In this document: one piece after another, positions 1 through 10,637 of the stretch
Numbering within the stretch: position 1 is the stretch's first letter
Layout of the letters: the number at the start of each line of letters is the position of its first letter
Source of the DNA: a virus
Strand: one strand, 5' to 3'
IMG/VR virus record: IMGVR_UViG_3300045988_101367
Coordinates: 11,047 to 75,046 of that record
Length of the DNA: 64,000 nt
Made by a program: the position numbers and the translations under genes
The notes under the pieces: generated by a model
Seen by the model: only the letters and a program-made list of their open reading frames with translations
The model's database searches: none
What the model was told of the DNA's origin: nothing

Positions 1-632
1 GATTCTTCTAACTCTCCTTTACGAAATTTCTAATTAAGCCACTTTTTAAAATCTTCCATAGTTCCTCCATCGTCAAATTTTAAAAGACCTCCTTCAGCAT
101 TATAAGATATAGGTTGATTATCCTAACTCCACTATTTAAAGATAGCTTCAACATCCTATCCAGAATTTAAGGCTTTTCTCAGAGCCTTTCTCTAACCTCC
201 AGTATAAGCATATGGATCTAGTCCTCTACTAGACATAAAAGCTCTTACTTGTGATCGATTAAAATTATTAATTGGGGCATTTATAGAAGTTATTTCCTAT
301 ATACTAGGAGGAAGAGTAGCCTAATCTATTAACTGATTAGTAGCAGGACTATTAAACTATGGTTTAAAATATATTCCAATATTATAATCTTGTCCTGCAT
401 ATTTACCTTTAGTAGGATTCTAAAATACTCCCATCATTTGAGAACCCATATTAGAGGCAGCCTTCTAAAAATTAGAATTATCTCCAACATTACCTTTGAA
501 TTTACTAAAATAATCCCCAATTCCGGAATTCTATTCCTCTTTAGTCATAGTATTATAATCATTTCCATTCCAAGAAAAATAGCGATTACCTGCTTTTCTA
601 GCAGCATTAAATGCCTGTTTAAATTTCAACAT
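1..632 (-). CDS. late-region protein, 3' partial (gene runs past window start); TAG-recoded
   Basis: ATG at 632-630 (minus). A long protein-like frame (MLKFKQAFNAARKAGNRYFSWNGNDYNTM...) is open only if plus-strand cta (minus TAG) codons are read as sense. Plus-strand ORFs 390-665 and 705-908 are antisense to it. Confidence 0.4.
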
Positions 633-661
633 TTTTATTTGGATATTTTATATAAAAATAA

Positions 662-892
662 TTAGGAAAATTTGGATTTTTCAATCTTCTAAAGGTCCTT
701 AGTATTGAAAATTGCTTCCTACAAAACTCCATCTGTAGTAAACCATCTACACTTTATTCCAATTAATACATCAGTATCTTTATTTTTAAATACAGTAGTT
801 ATTTTTTTAACTACTAGCATCTTAGGAACATTTCCAATGTCCTACTTTAAAGTAACAACCTCACCTGGTTGGAAATATATTTTATCTTCCAT
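662..892 (-). CDS. small late protein (76 aa) with 3 in-frame TAG
   Basis: MEDKIYFQPGEVVTLK(Q)DIGNVPKMLVVKK...; ATG overlaps the 3' end of the upstream gene by 11 nt. Confidence 0.35.
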
Positions 893-1463
893 TGAATCTC
901 TCTGTTAAATCATCATTTACTATTGCTATTAATCTTGCTTCATTTACAAGCTCTAAGCCTTGTTTATAGAAAGGCACTGGAATAATACTAGTTCTAGGAT
1001 AGAATACACAATCTCCTATCTGTGCCCATTTACATTCAGGACCTACCTCTACAATTACTCCTGATTTGGTAATATTCTCTTCTTCCTCAATTTCGCCATT
1101 ATCATTATTTTTATATTGAGGTTTTTGACCTCCTAAATCAATGATAAGTCCGCCAACCTTTTTAATACGTTGAAAAGGATTCTCAGCAAAAGGTTTTATA
1201 ATAATATAATTACCAATAGGTCTAATCTCAGCTTTAGATGACATAGTAAATTCTTCAACGGCTTTCTCTAAAGCTTTAGCATGTTCTTCAAAACGATTTA
1301 CATACTCATCTACTTGAGTATTAAACTTACTAATAGCTTCATTCTTTACTAAATCATCTGCTTGTTTCTCATTAACATTAAAGTGCATACCACCACTTTC
1401 TAAGCCATTAACTGTCATGGCTAACTTTTCATTCTGATTAAAAATTGCTCTGTCTTTACTCAT
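882..1463 (-). CDS. GroES/Cpn10-like co-chaperonin domain protein with N-terminal coiled-coil extension
   Basis: C-terminal IRPIGNYIIIKP...GGLIID...KSGVIVEVGPEC...IGDCVFYP...LIAIV resembles the GroES beta-barrel pattern; standard ORF from the track. Confidence 0.5.
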   Translation of the reverse strand: MSKDRAIFNQNEKLAMTVNGLESGGMHFNVNEKQADDLVKNEAISKFNTQVDEYVNRFEEHAKALEKAVEEFTMSSKAEIRPIGNYIIIKPFAENPFQRIKKVGGLIIDLGGQKPQYKNNDNGEIEEEENITKSGVIVEVGPECKWAQIGDCVFYPRTSIIPVPFYKQGLELVNEARLIAIVNDDLTERFNGR

Positions 1464-1464
1464 A

Positions 1465-1737
1465 TCACCATTTATTTACAGGACAGTGTGCATTTACAAG
1501 TCTAGTCTTAGCATTAAGACGACATCCACAACCATTTTGATAACCTGGTCGTGCATTTGTACTCACATCTCCCGTTTCTACATTTAACCATAATCTACTA
1601 TTACACATTCCGCCTAGAGCGTTACTAAATAACGGGCATCTATGACAGATTTTTAATCTAGCTTCAGAAATATCAGTATCTAACCCTAGGGCTTCTTTAG
1701 CATGACCTTCTATAATCTAAGCAATAGGTAATTTCAT
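1465..1737 (-). CDS. small Cys-rich zinc-ribbon protein (CxxC...CxxC), one in-frame TAG
   Basis: Manual minus-strand translation: MKLPIA(Q)IIEGHAKEALGLDTDISEARLKICHRCPLFSNALGGMCNSRLWLNVETGDVSTNARPGYQNGCGCRLNAKTRLVNAHCPVNKW. Confidence 0.4.
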
Positions 1738-1738
1738 A

Positions 1739-2656
1739 TTAATATACAATAGGTTTACGTCTCGCTACTTTTAATTGTTGTTTTTTCTTTTTGTAGTAGT
1801 CAGCAAGCATACGTTCTACTTCATCTTTTCGATAAATACAATGATATAGAGTATTTTTCATATTATGATCATAATGATTAAGAATTAAATCTTTAATCAC
1901 ATATTCTGGATGTCTCTGTTGAAGCATAAATGCATAAGTAGAAAGTTGCATCTCATAGTGACCATAATTGCAATCCTCAATAGTGTTTAAAGGGTATTGC
2001 ATTTTAGTAGTACCTCTAGTAACTGTATTAAATCCTCCTTTTAAGTCTATTTTTTTATTAGTTTTATGGTCTACAATAGTAACTTCATTACCATATTTAA
2101 CCATTAAATCAATTTGTCCTGCTAAGTTTAAAACATTATCAGGAGTAGACCAGGAAATTAAATACTCAGGATATACACCATTTTCTAAGTCTAATTTAGT
2201 ATATCCCTCTTTACATATAAATTTACCTCCTAATCCAAATTTCTGTAAAGGCTTATCATCCTTCATATTGTAAAAAGAATGTTCTAATTGAGAATGAATT
2301 TTTGTTCCTCTCTCACAAGACTCTATTTTATTAGCTTCCCATTCATCAAGAATGTTCTGTTGTTCCTTATTAAGGTCATTAATGTCTACAGAATAAGCCT
2401 CTAAAATTTCTTTAGTAATTCTGTGTGTATTAAGTAAAGTCTTTTTTAAATCTTTCCATACATCTGTATCTAGAATTTTTTCCAAAGCTTTATACTTAGA
2501 CCAAAAATCTGAATCAAAAGGTTGTGCATAACTTCCTATTAAAGTAGTTACTGAGATATACTCTTTTTTTGGATTATTAATATCCCAATAAACGTGAGTA
2601 GAATCATTGAAAGCTACTCCATCATTTTCTTTATCAATCTTCATTGTCATTGCCAT
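1739..2656 (-). CDS. PD-(D/E)XK family nuclease (RecB/Cas4/YqaJ-like fold)
   Basis: Motif GQIDLMV-x12-TIVDHKT fits D...(D/E)XK; 305-aa ORF from the track. Confidence 0.5.
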   Translation of the reverse strand: MAMTMKIDKENDGVAFNDSTHVYWDINNPKKEYISVTTLIGSYAQPFDSDFWSKYKALEKILDTDVWKDLKKTLLNTHRITKEILEAYSVDINDLNKEQQNILDEWEANKIESCERGTKIHSQLEHSFYNMKDDKPLQKFGLGGKFICKEGYTKLDLENGVYPEYLISWSTPDNVLNLAGQIDLMVKYGNEVTIVDHKTNKKIDLKGGFNTVTRGTTKMQYPLNTIEDCNYGHYEMQLSTYAFMLQQRHPEYVIKDLILNHYDHNMKNTLYHCIYRKDEVERMLADYYKKKKQQLKVARRKPIVY

Positions 2657-3344
2657 TTACAGTATCATCAAGTATTGTAGATAATCGTTGAATTTGTGGA
2701 GAAATAACTGTATTATAATAACCTAACTCATATTGTTTAGGCTATTTATACAAAACTACTATTATTCCTATAGGATTTCTAACTCCTTCTATAGGATATA
2801 AAGCAGCTGAGTATGCCCCACTCTATTCTAACTTTTTATATAATCTAGGGAAAGTGTTTTTAATTTGAGGAAGACTATCAACTCTTAAATAAGTAGTATC
2901 ATCAATTTTACTTAATTCTTCTTGGTAATTAGTATACTATAAAGTCTACCAATAATCTCCGACATATTCATCAGAATATGATTTTACACTTTCTCTTATA
3001 CAATCTAAATAAATATAACTAAAACCCTGTAAGCTATGCTTAGTATTATGATAACTTAATAGCAAAACATTACTACAATCAGGATCTTTTATTTTTATAT
3101 TATCAATACACTAAGCTATATAAGGAGCTTGTTTAAATCCATTATCTTCTTCTTTACGTAATTCTTCTTTCTATTTTTTTAAAGCACTAGAAAGAGTTTC
3201 TTCATAATAACTTCTAGGAATTGGATTTAGTATAAATATTAATAATACAAAAATAATTATAGTTTTAGTTTCTGAAGTTAAGTTGGAAATAAGATTCCAT
3301 AATTTTTTTAAATAATCTAAAATAACCATTACAATTTTTTCCAT
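2634..3344 (-). CDS. hypothetical late protein (~236 aa) with several in-frame TAG
   Basis: ATG at 3344-3342 and TGA at 2636-2634. Gene length is a multiple of 3 only in the TAG-readthrough frame; it overlaps the nuclease gene start. Confidence 0.4.
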
Positions 3345-3490
3345 ATTACTATAAGTAATATTTGTATATATGTTATCTATAATAACATTATTACTATATT
3401 TAATAGGTAAAGTTATTATTATTTTGTACTATTTAAGTATATATATAGGTTATTTATATTCAAAAGTATTTTAATCTTATTTATTACATT
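3345..3490. promoter_or_regulatory. divergent intergenic region between minus-strand and plus-strand late operons
   Basis: AT-rich 146-bp gap with genes diverging on both sides; no specific promoter motif verified. Confidence 0.25.
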
Positions 3491-4255
3491 ATGACTAATT
3501 CTGAATTACAAGAAAGAATTTGTTCTGCCTATTAGGATTTTAAGATTAAAAATCAGTATAGTTTTATAAATAAACTAAAGAAAGGCGGATAGATAAAAGA
3601 TAGAAAAGATACTATTCATATAAAAGATAAAAATAAGGGTAAGTTTACTGCCTCAGCTAAAGCAGCTGGAGAATCTGTACAGGAGCATGCTAAATCTATA
3701 TTAAATAATCCTAATGCTACTCCTTTACAAAAACGTCGAGCTAATTTTGCTAGAAATGCTGCTAAATGGAAACATGCTAATGGAGGCACTATTCTTAAAA
3801 TGTAGTTAGCAGGTAAGATGCCTGGAACTAGGAGTCAATATAATAATGTGACTTAGATATATCAAGCTTTAGTAGATAAAGGAGTTACCCCACAGGCAGC
3901 TTTAGATTTAACTAACCAAAAGGTTGCAGAAAAAGGTTGGACTGGATTCGCTACTGGAGATAATAAAAAATATCCTAATGCACAATCTTTTGCAGACCAT
4001 ATAATTAATTGGCATAGTAGAATGTATCCAGACTCACTTAAAGCCTAGAATTTTTAGTAGTACTATGATGGAATACAAAAAAATGCTAAGTACATGTATA
4101 ACTCTGAAAAAGGCTATAATGGTTACAGAAAAGATTTATTACTTACAAGACCTGGGGTAAAGAAAAGAATTAATTATTATAGAGCTACTAAAGGATTAGG
4201 ACCATTAGCTTTAGTTAATTTTAATTAGCCTGGTAATTATTCTAGTTATGCGTAA
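3491..4255 (+). CDS. hypothetical late/virion protein (254 aa) with 7 in-frame TAG
   Basis: Continuous protein-like frame MTNSELQERICSAY(Q)DFKIKN...GWTGFATGDNKKYPNAQSFADHIINWHSRMYP... only if TAG is sense; ends TAA 4253-4255. Confidence 0.45.
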
Positions 4256-4493
4256 GAATAAATATTATAAAGAAAATAAAAAGATTTTAAATGAACATAA
4301 AACACAATGTATAATATGTGGTGAATCAGCTAAATGTTGTTTAGAATTTCATCATACTGGAGAAAAATTATTTAATATATCACAAGCTGTAAGTCATATA
4401 CCTACAGATTTATTTATTAAAGAATTATCTCAAACAGTTTGTGTTTGTAAAAATTGTCATTCTAAAATACATAATGGTTTGATAAAATTATGA
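4248..4493 (+). CDS. HNH endonuclease (small, free-standing)
   Basis: CIICGESAKCC-LEFHH-x-N...CKNCHSKIH matches the HNH zinc-finger nuclease signature; standard code; overlaps neighbours by a few nt. Confidence 0.6.
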   Translation: MRKNKYYKENKKILNEHKTQCIICGESAKCCLEFHHTGEKLFNISQAVSHIPTDLFIKELSQTVCVCKNCHSKIHNGLIKL

Positions 4494-5152
4494 GTGAATA
4501 TTTTAAATATGAAGCTTTAGATATTCCTGATAAACCTGCTACAGAAGTACTAAAAAGTAAAGGTTTAGATTTAGATTTTACTCCTAAACAATATTAGTAT
4601 ATTCCTGAATTAAATACTGGAGATTTTCATATTAATGGTTTAAATTTAGATGGATATTTTTCTATTAATAAAGCTAAAGAGCCTGTACAATATAAATATA
4701 CTCAGCTTAAATTAAACCATAATACTCCTAGTAAAAATAAATAGGTACTAGAATAGACTTTAGATAAATATGGTATCACTGGAAACAAGAAAACTACTTT
4801 AATGAAGATAGCTTCTCTAGAATCAGGATTTAATTCTAAAGCTCAATCTAAAAATAGTTCTGCTGCTGGATGGTTCTAGTTTATAGATAGTACTAGAAAT
4901 AAATATTCTAATTTATCTAGAGAACAGTTTAAAAATAGTCCTGATGCACAAGTATTAGCCGCATCACAATTATATGATGATAATGCAAGATTTTTAAGAA
5001 ATAATGGTATAGCAGCTACTGGAGAAGCTATAGCAGCATCATGGTTAAATCCAAAATGGACTAAAAATTATTATAAGTATGGTATTGCAGGAGGGTCTGA
5101 TGCCAATGGTACTAGTGTTGCAAAATATATAAATAAATTTAGAAATGCCTAA
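4490..5152 (+). CDS. lytic transglycosylase (SLT-domain) peptidoglycan hydrolase, TAG-recoded
   Basis: LESGFNSKAQSKNSSAAGWF(Q)FIDSTRNKY matches the SLT ES...AxGLMQ motif. The motif Gln is encoded by TAG, which supports TAG=Gln. Confidence 0.6.
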
Positions 5153-5788
5153 AATTTTGGAAGAATTGGATCGTCAAGTAGATAAATGGGAACCTACCGC
5201 GGCAGCTATATCTTTAGGTAGTTTAGGACTAGGTGCAGGTATAAGTACTACCGCTGTAGGTGCTCCTATAGGAGGAATTATTGCTGGAGTAGGTTAGTTG
5301 CCTTCTTTAGTTATAGATGGTTATCAAGCTGGTAGAGGATGGTACAAGACTTTTAAAGAATCCCCAAGTAATTTTGGAAATGCCGTATGGAATACTTTGG
5401 AAACTGGGGCAGATATATTAGGAGCTAAATTTGCATCAGCTTTAGCTAAGGGAGGTTCTAATTTTCTTAGATCTAGCGTATACAAACCTGGTTATTACCC
5501 TAAACATCATTCTCCAAGAGTTAATGCTATGCGAAAGAGACAAGTCGACGTAGTATTAAATTAGCAGAAAAAGAAGCTACTGAAAAATTGGCTAAAAGAG
5601 GAGTTCGATCAAGTCAAGGTTCATACTTTACATCTAAATTAAACTAGGAATTAAATAAACCTTATTTAGAGTAGGTAGCTAAAAGGAATACTGTAGTAGC
5701 AAATGATGTTACTAAATTAAGTCCTAAAATATAGTTACCTATTTAGATTATACCTAATATTATTGATATACATGCCAGAAATAAATAA
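5145..5788 (+). CDS. Gly/Ala-rich membrane-associated late protein; reading frame switches -1 between about 5525 and 5564
   Basis: Frame 0 gives MPKILEELDRQVDKWEPTAAAISLGSLGLGAGISTTAVGAPIGGIIAGVG(Q)LPSLVIDGYQAGRGWY.... A protein-like frame with 5 TAG continues in the -1 frame (…AEKEATEKLAKRGVRSSQGSYFTSKLN(Q)ELNKPYLE(Q)VAKRNTVVANDVTKLSPKI(Q)LPI(Q)IIPNIIDIHARNK) to TAA 5786-5788 and has no ATG of its own. Confidence 0.3.
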
Positions 5789-6287
5789 TAATAATTATAA
5801 TATTTGGAATAAATAGTTATCTCAAGCATGGGGTAATTAGGATTTATCTAAAGACCATTACGATTATAGAAAATACTATAATGACCAACCTATAGTAGCT
5901 TGGCTATAGTTAAATAGTATTCTAGCACATAATTGGAATAGGTATATTCCTACTGGGCATTTTCCTGATGAAGGAGCTTCAGGGACTTATAAAACTAAAA
6001 CTCATCCGACTTATCCAGATTTAGGAGATAAATCTTGGAGTAGAGATAATAAGATATATTATTTAAGTAAAGATCAATATATAAAACCTAATAGTGGTTA
6101 GCCTTTAGATTATACTATGGACTATCTAGGTTCCGATTATGACTATAATAATGGTGGAACTAAAGTAGTTTATGATGGAGCTAATGTTCTCCCAACATTG
6201 TATATTACTAAAACTAAAGGTAGTGGATTTAATTTAAAACCCAATAAAAATAATAATGGATACATATATTTTGACAGAAAAGATTGA
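5772..6287 (+). CDS. hypothetical late protein (171 aa), TAG-recoded
   Basis: MPEINNNNYNIWNK(Q)LSQAWGN(Q)DLSKDHYDYRKYYNDQPIVAWL(Q)LNSILAHNWNRYIPTGHFPDEGASGTYKTKTHPTYPDLGDKSW...; ends TGA 6285-6287. Confidence 0.45.
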
Positions 6288-6471
6288 GGAATTACAAAGA
6301 TTTTTAGATTTTGTAAGTGAGAGGGATAAATAGTTATGGGATAAATATTTAAAAAAATATGAAACAGGTGATTAAAACTGGAAAAGGATTACTATGGAAA
6401 ATAGAACACCCAGTAGAAATATCATATTCTAAGATTACTCTAGATTCTTTATTAAAACTATGTGAAAAAAT

Positions 6472-6687
6472 ATGAAATAGTTTTTAATTAAATTAATAAC
6501 AGCACATACTGGAATAAGTAGTAAAAGAGTGTGTGGAATATTAGGATGGATAGTAAGTTTAATTATTCTAATATACTGTTCTATTAGTTAGATACAAGCT
6601 CCTGATATGATAGATACAGTTTTATATTGTTGTATGGGATTACTAGGTATAGATAGTATAACTAGTATATGGAAAAATAAAGTATAA
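6472..6687 (+). CDS. small two-TM membrane protein (holin-like candidate), 2 in-frame TAG
   Basis: MK(Q)FLIKLITAHTGISSKRVCGILGWIVSLIILIYCSIS(Q)IQAPDMIDTVLYCCMGLLGIDSITSIWKNKV; two hydrophobic helices. Confidence 0.3.
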
Positions 6688-6689
6688 AT

Positions 6690-7826
6690 ATGCCAATAGT
6701 AGATGAGAGTAAACAAAATAAAGGAGTAAATAATAATACTCGGAATAAATAGATGGCTATAGATATGGAATATTATAATAGATTAAATCATCCTAGATTT
6801 AAATCTTCATATCTTGGTGCTAAATATTAGTAGAGAGTTATTCCCGTTAGAACTTTAAATGGGGTACAAGATGTATTTGTAGATAATAGAGGGACTATAA
6901 AATAGGGTGGGCATACTAATTTTAAATTATATAATTATAGTAATAAGAATAGAACCCATCCTATAAAAGGAGCTTATGCTAGAGAAGTAGATAGTTGGAA
7001 TAATAATACTAGTCCTATTAAAGCATTAGTTAATTCAGGAATAGGTTATGCTTTAGCTCCAGCTGCTTAGGCAGTATATGATTATACTAAAGGTGCTTTA
7101 GATATATCTAAGAATCTAACTAAAGCTAGTAATTATTTAGTAATGCTTCCTGTAATAGGATATGCTGTAAAAGTTCCTTTAAAACGTGGAGTAGAAGTAG
7201 CTATGAGAACTTCTAATAATGCGAATCCTATAGAAGACATAGTATATAATATGCATAAGGCAAGTCCTAAAAAACATGCTGGAGTATTTTCTTATATATC
7301 AACTGGTGTAGGTTACAATACCTATGCTCCTGAAGCATATACTGGATTTTAGAAAGCAGCTAAAGGCAATGATATGATTGATGCTTATTTATATAATAAA
7401 ACTATAAATCCTTCTTATGGAGTAAGAAAGATAAATGTAGATTATGGTCCACATGAAAATTATATAAGAAAGATATATCCTTATAAAGATATTCCTGTAT
7501 ATGAAAATACAGAAACTTTAGATTTCTTTACTAAGAAACCTATGTAGAAAGCTTCTAATATAACTAATAAAACTCCTTGGAAAGGTGCTAATAATAATCT
7601 AGATTTTGGAGATAATGGAGTTGAGGCTGCTGGACATTTAGTTTAGGAAGGAACATCTAATGGTAAGAAAGTATATAGAGCACAAGATATTTGGAAGTTT
7701 AATCCTGATGAATATAAGTAGAAATGGAGTTCATATGATTTAGACAGTAAAGCTGTATTAGGATTAAAAATATTAGATAAATTAGGAACTCCAGTAATAG
7801 TAAGAACACCATGGCTGTATAGATAA
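6690..7826 (+). CDS. hypothetical late/structural protein (378 aa) with about 9 in-frame TAG
   Basis: ATG 6690 to TAA 7824-7826 is a multiple of 3. The frame is continuous and protein-like, and includes track ORF 7143-7352, only when TAG is sense. Confidence 0.5.
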
Positions 7827-8042
7827 TTACTGATAATGATTCAATACTGATATGAAGATGGGTAGTTGTATGGTAGAAGAAAATCAAATAAGATCCCTTT
7901 TAAAATTAATTCTGATAAAGCTAATAGTATAATATTTCCATAGGTTTAGGCTAAAGGAGTAGATCCTAACATCTACTTTAGTATACCACTCGGCAAAATA
8001 TAAAGAAATGCCCACTGCTAAAAAAATATCTACTCCTAAATA

Positions 8043-8918
8043 GAAAGAAGAAACAATAGTGGTAAATAGTTGATTAATTTAGTAGGAAATGGATTAAGTA
8101 GAAAACTATAGTTATTTTTTGATTCAGAACCTGAGCATACTAGTAAAAGAATTAAAATTCCTAATAAAAAAGTAACTAGAAATAAGAGGAGAGAAAATTT
8201 AGAAATAGAAATATCTCCAAATAGTTATACTATAAATGATACTACTAAAATAAACTCTAGAAGATATCGTATACCAGAATCCATAAATTTAACAAAGTAT
8301 ACTTTTGGTTATAGAAATAGAGGTGATTATACTCCTATAAATAGTATAGCAGCTCCTATTACTGCTTTTTCTAATTTCAAATCTAAAGAAAGTATATCTC
8401 CTAATAATTAGAATTATATAGGTATAGATTCTATTGGTAAATTTGTTTTTGGTAAATATTCAGATATTCCTAATGGAAGTATGATTTCTCCAACATTTAA
8501 AAATATAGTTACTGGTTTTAAAACAGATTCTAAAGATAATGTATTATTCATGGAAAGTAATTCTAATGGTTCTAAAAAAAGTCCTATATTAAATGCTATA
8601 GTAAATGGTAAATCTGTAAATAACAGATTAAATTTCTTAGCTAATAATAATAGAACTGATGAATATGGTTCTATAGCTGGAGGAAGAATAATTATATAGG
8701 CTGGTAAAGAAGTTCGTTTAGTTTCTGGAAGTATAGATAATATTAGAGATGAGATAGAGGCTATGAAATCTAGAAACAATGTTAAAACAGTAGATTTATA
8801 TACTCTAGATAATGGTACTTATCATTCAGGATTAAGAACCTTTGATAAAATATTTACCAGAGATGATTTATTAGAATATGATGCTGGTGGAGGAAATTTT
8901 TTGTATATAAAGCAATAA
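8043..8918 (+). CDS. hypothetical late protein, C-terminal ~290 aa; start unresolved
   Basis: Frame open from 8043 with TAG as sense and includes track ORF 8481-8699. No ATG in the first ~60 codons. An upstream short ORF 8008-8073 lies in the +1 frame, so a -1 shift or indel is possible. Ends TAA 8916-8918. Confidence 0.35.
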
Positions 8919-8925
8919 TACCACA

Positions 8926-8969
8926 ATAGCCGAAGTTTCTCAAATGAGAAGCCTCGGCTATTTTTTTTT
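8926..8969 (+). terminator. rho-independent terminator
   Basis: atagccgaagtttctc / gagaagcctcggctat stem (~14 bp, 2 mismatches) followed by T9. Confidence 0.6.
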
Positions 8970-9002
8970 AAAATTAATAAATATCCATCCCCAAATATTT
9001 AT

Positions 9003-9160
9003 TAATAAGTAACAGATAATTCATTTAACTTATCGCAAAAATCAAGAGTTAATTGATTATCTTGTAAATCATTATCTCCTATAGTATCAATAATCTACTG
9101 TACTTCATTAAGTACTTTGTTCATTTTAGACTTTAAGTCTTTTAATTTTTGGTTAGTCAT
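9003..9160 (-). CDS. small protein (52 aa) with 1 in-frame TAG
   Basis: MTNQKLKDLKSKMNKVLNEV(Q)IIDTIGDNDL...; start overlaps the stop of the upstream gene. Confidence 0.25.
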
Positions 9161-9444
9161 TAATTAATTTTTATATAATCATTAACATCTAGATTATCAT
9201 ATATAGAAGTCATTGTATATCCTGTAATTGGATTTCTATAATGATATTTTTTAATTTCTATATCTTCCTCTTCTGAATTAGAATTTATATTTTGGTTGTC
9301 TTTAATCCATTGGTCTAAATCAGCTTCTGTCCCATTCTCTAATTGAAATAGAATCTTAGGTTCTGATTTTAATCGTTTTAATTTTTTAGTAAGATTAGTT
9401 GTTTTTAAAATCTTACCATTTAATTCATAAATTGCTGCTATCAT
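9160..9444 (-). CDS. hypothetical acidic protein (~94 aa)
   Basis: Track ORF 9160-9456 uses a TTG start inside the tRNA; the first ATG (MIAAIYELNGK...) is at 9444-9442. Confidence 0.4.
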   Translation of the reverse strand: MIAAIYELNGKILKTTNLTKKLKRLKSEPKILFQLENGTEADLDQWIKDNQNINSNSEEEDIEIKKYHYRNPITGYTMTSIYDNLDVNDYIKIN

Positions 9445-9445
9445 G

Positions 9446-9517
9446 TTCTCCCACAAGGATTCGAACCCTGACTAAAAGATTTAGAGTCTTCTGTGCTAAC
9501 CATTACACCATAGGAGA
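9446..9517 (-). tRNA. tRNA-Sup(CUA), amber suppressor
   Basis: Hand-folded cloverleaf: acceptor TCTCCTA/TGGGAGA, D-stem GTGT/GCAC, anticodon stem GAAGA/TCTTT with loop CTCTAAA (U33, anticodon CTA, A37), T-arm CAGGG-TTCGAAT-CCTTG, discriminator A. No CCA encoded. Confidence 0.7.
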
Positions 9518-9705
9518 ATATTATCTTATAAATAACTACTAACACTAAAAGGATTTTCAGTAGAAGTAGTTTTATTATCACTAGTGTTTATTGTAATAAA
9601 TCCATTATGTGGTATATCTTTTAAAACCATATAGTTAATTTAGGTCCATTAATAATATTTACTAGTTCTATTAATTGAGATACTGTAAGATTAGAAACTA
9701 TCTTA

Positions 9706-10008
9706 TTAATTTTTTGTAATGTTTCTATCATTTAAAAAATCCACTATGTGTTTAAATTCTTGTTTATATTTTTTATATTTAGAATTATCTAAATTAGAAG
9801 AAAAATCTTCTAAAGATATATCTGAGATAATTCCAAATATTAGACAAGCATTGTTAAATGTTTCATCATCTAATTTACTACAATATTCTTCAAATTCATC
9901 TACCTTTTTAGTCATGGTTATATGAATTACATTATCAATAACCTATAAATTTATATTATACTAATCAGGAAGGTCTTTAATACTTTGTATTAGTTGTTCT
10001 TTATTCAT
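9706..10008 (-). CDS. hypothetical protein (~100 aa) with 2 in-frame TAG in an N-terminal extension
   Basis: Track ORF 9706-9915 extends upstream through two TAG to ATG 10008-10006 (MNKEQLIQSIKDLPD(Q)YNINL(Q)VIDNVIHITMTKKVDEFEEY...). Confidence 0.35.
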
Positions 10009-10125
10009 TTAATATTTCTTTTTGATTACACGAGTAATATAGTCGAGGTAGGGAATATTAAAAGTTAATTTTTGTAAAAGTTAATATTCTAAGATTTTTA
10101 AATTAAAATTTTAAAAATTCAATTA

Positions 10126-10593
10126 CTAAATAAACTTATACTCAATTATATTTTTTATAATTTGAGTTCTATCAGATATTTTACCTTTAAAAAAGTATTC
10201 AGGATTTAAATAGTAAACAGCTTTATATCTAGAATCTTTTAATAACATCTTTTTCTTTACTAAAGAAGTAATAGTATTACGTATAGTTCCAGCAGCTAAG
10301 TTAGTTTTAATTTTAATAGTATCTCTAAGTTCTTCATCTAAAGAAATCTTATTTCCTGGAAGTGCCCTATCTTTATCTTCATAATAATTAGAAGTATACC
10401 ATAAAACAGCTAATACATTAGACTCTGCTTTAGATAACTTATAAAATTCTTCATTATCTCTTAAATATATCTGGCAGAATTGTTCAGCACTAACAGTTTT
10501 AATAGCTGATAATATCTCTCCACCCACTCCAACTTTAATTGACTCTATTTGTTTCATATTAACATTTGTTTTAATTAAAATTAATTTATTCAT
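10126..10593 (-). CDS. hypothetical protein (~155 aa), possible DNA-binding regulator
   Basis: Track ORF uses a TTG start; the first ATG gives MNKLILIKTNVNMKQIESIKVGVGG.... No confident family assignment. Confidence 0.35.
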   Translation of the reverse strand: MNKLILIKTNVNMKQIESIKVGVGGEILSAIKTVSAEQFCQIYLRDNEEFYKLSKAESNVLAVLWYTSNYYEDKDRALPGNKISLDEELRDTIKIKTNLAAGTIRNTITSLVKKKMLLKDSRYKAVYYLNPEYFFKGKISDRTQIIKNIIEYKFI

Positions 10594-10609
10594 ATGATTC
10601 AAAATAAAT

Positions 10610-10637
10610 TCACAAAAATTATGTCACAAAAATTATG
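10610..10637. repeat. 14-bp direct repeat x2 (tcacaaaaattatg)
   Basis: Two tandem copies seen directly, just upstream (in minus orientation) of gene 10126-10593. Confidence 0.8.

Noticed and set aside
390-908. Track ORFs 390-665(+) and 705-908(+)
   Set aside because: They lie antisense to minus-strand late genes that are only readable with TAG as sense, and their products are low-complexity out-of-frame text.
9160-9456. Track start for ORF 9160-9456 and similar TTG/GTG-initiated track ORFs (for example 10126-10602, 58070-58750)
   Set aside because: The track allows alternative start codons. In these cases the TTG start overlaps a tRNA or an upstream gene, and an ATG a few codons downstream is the more plausible start.
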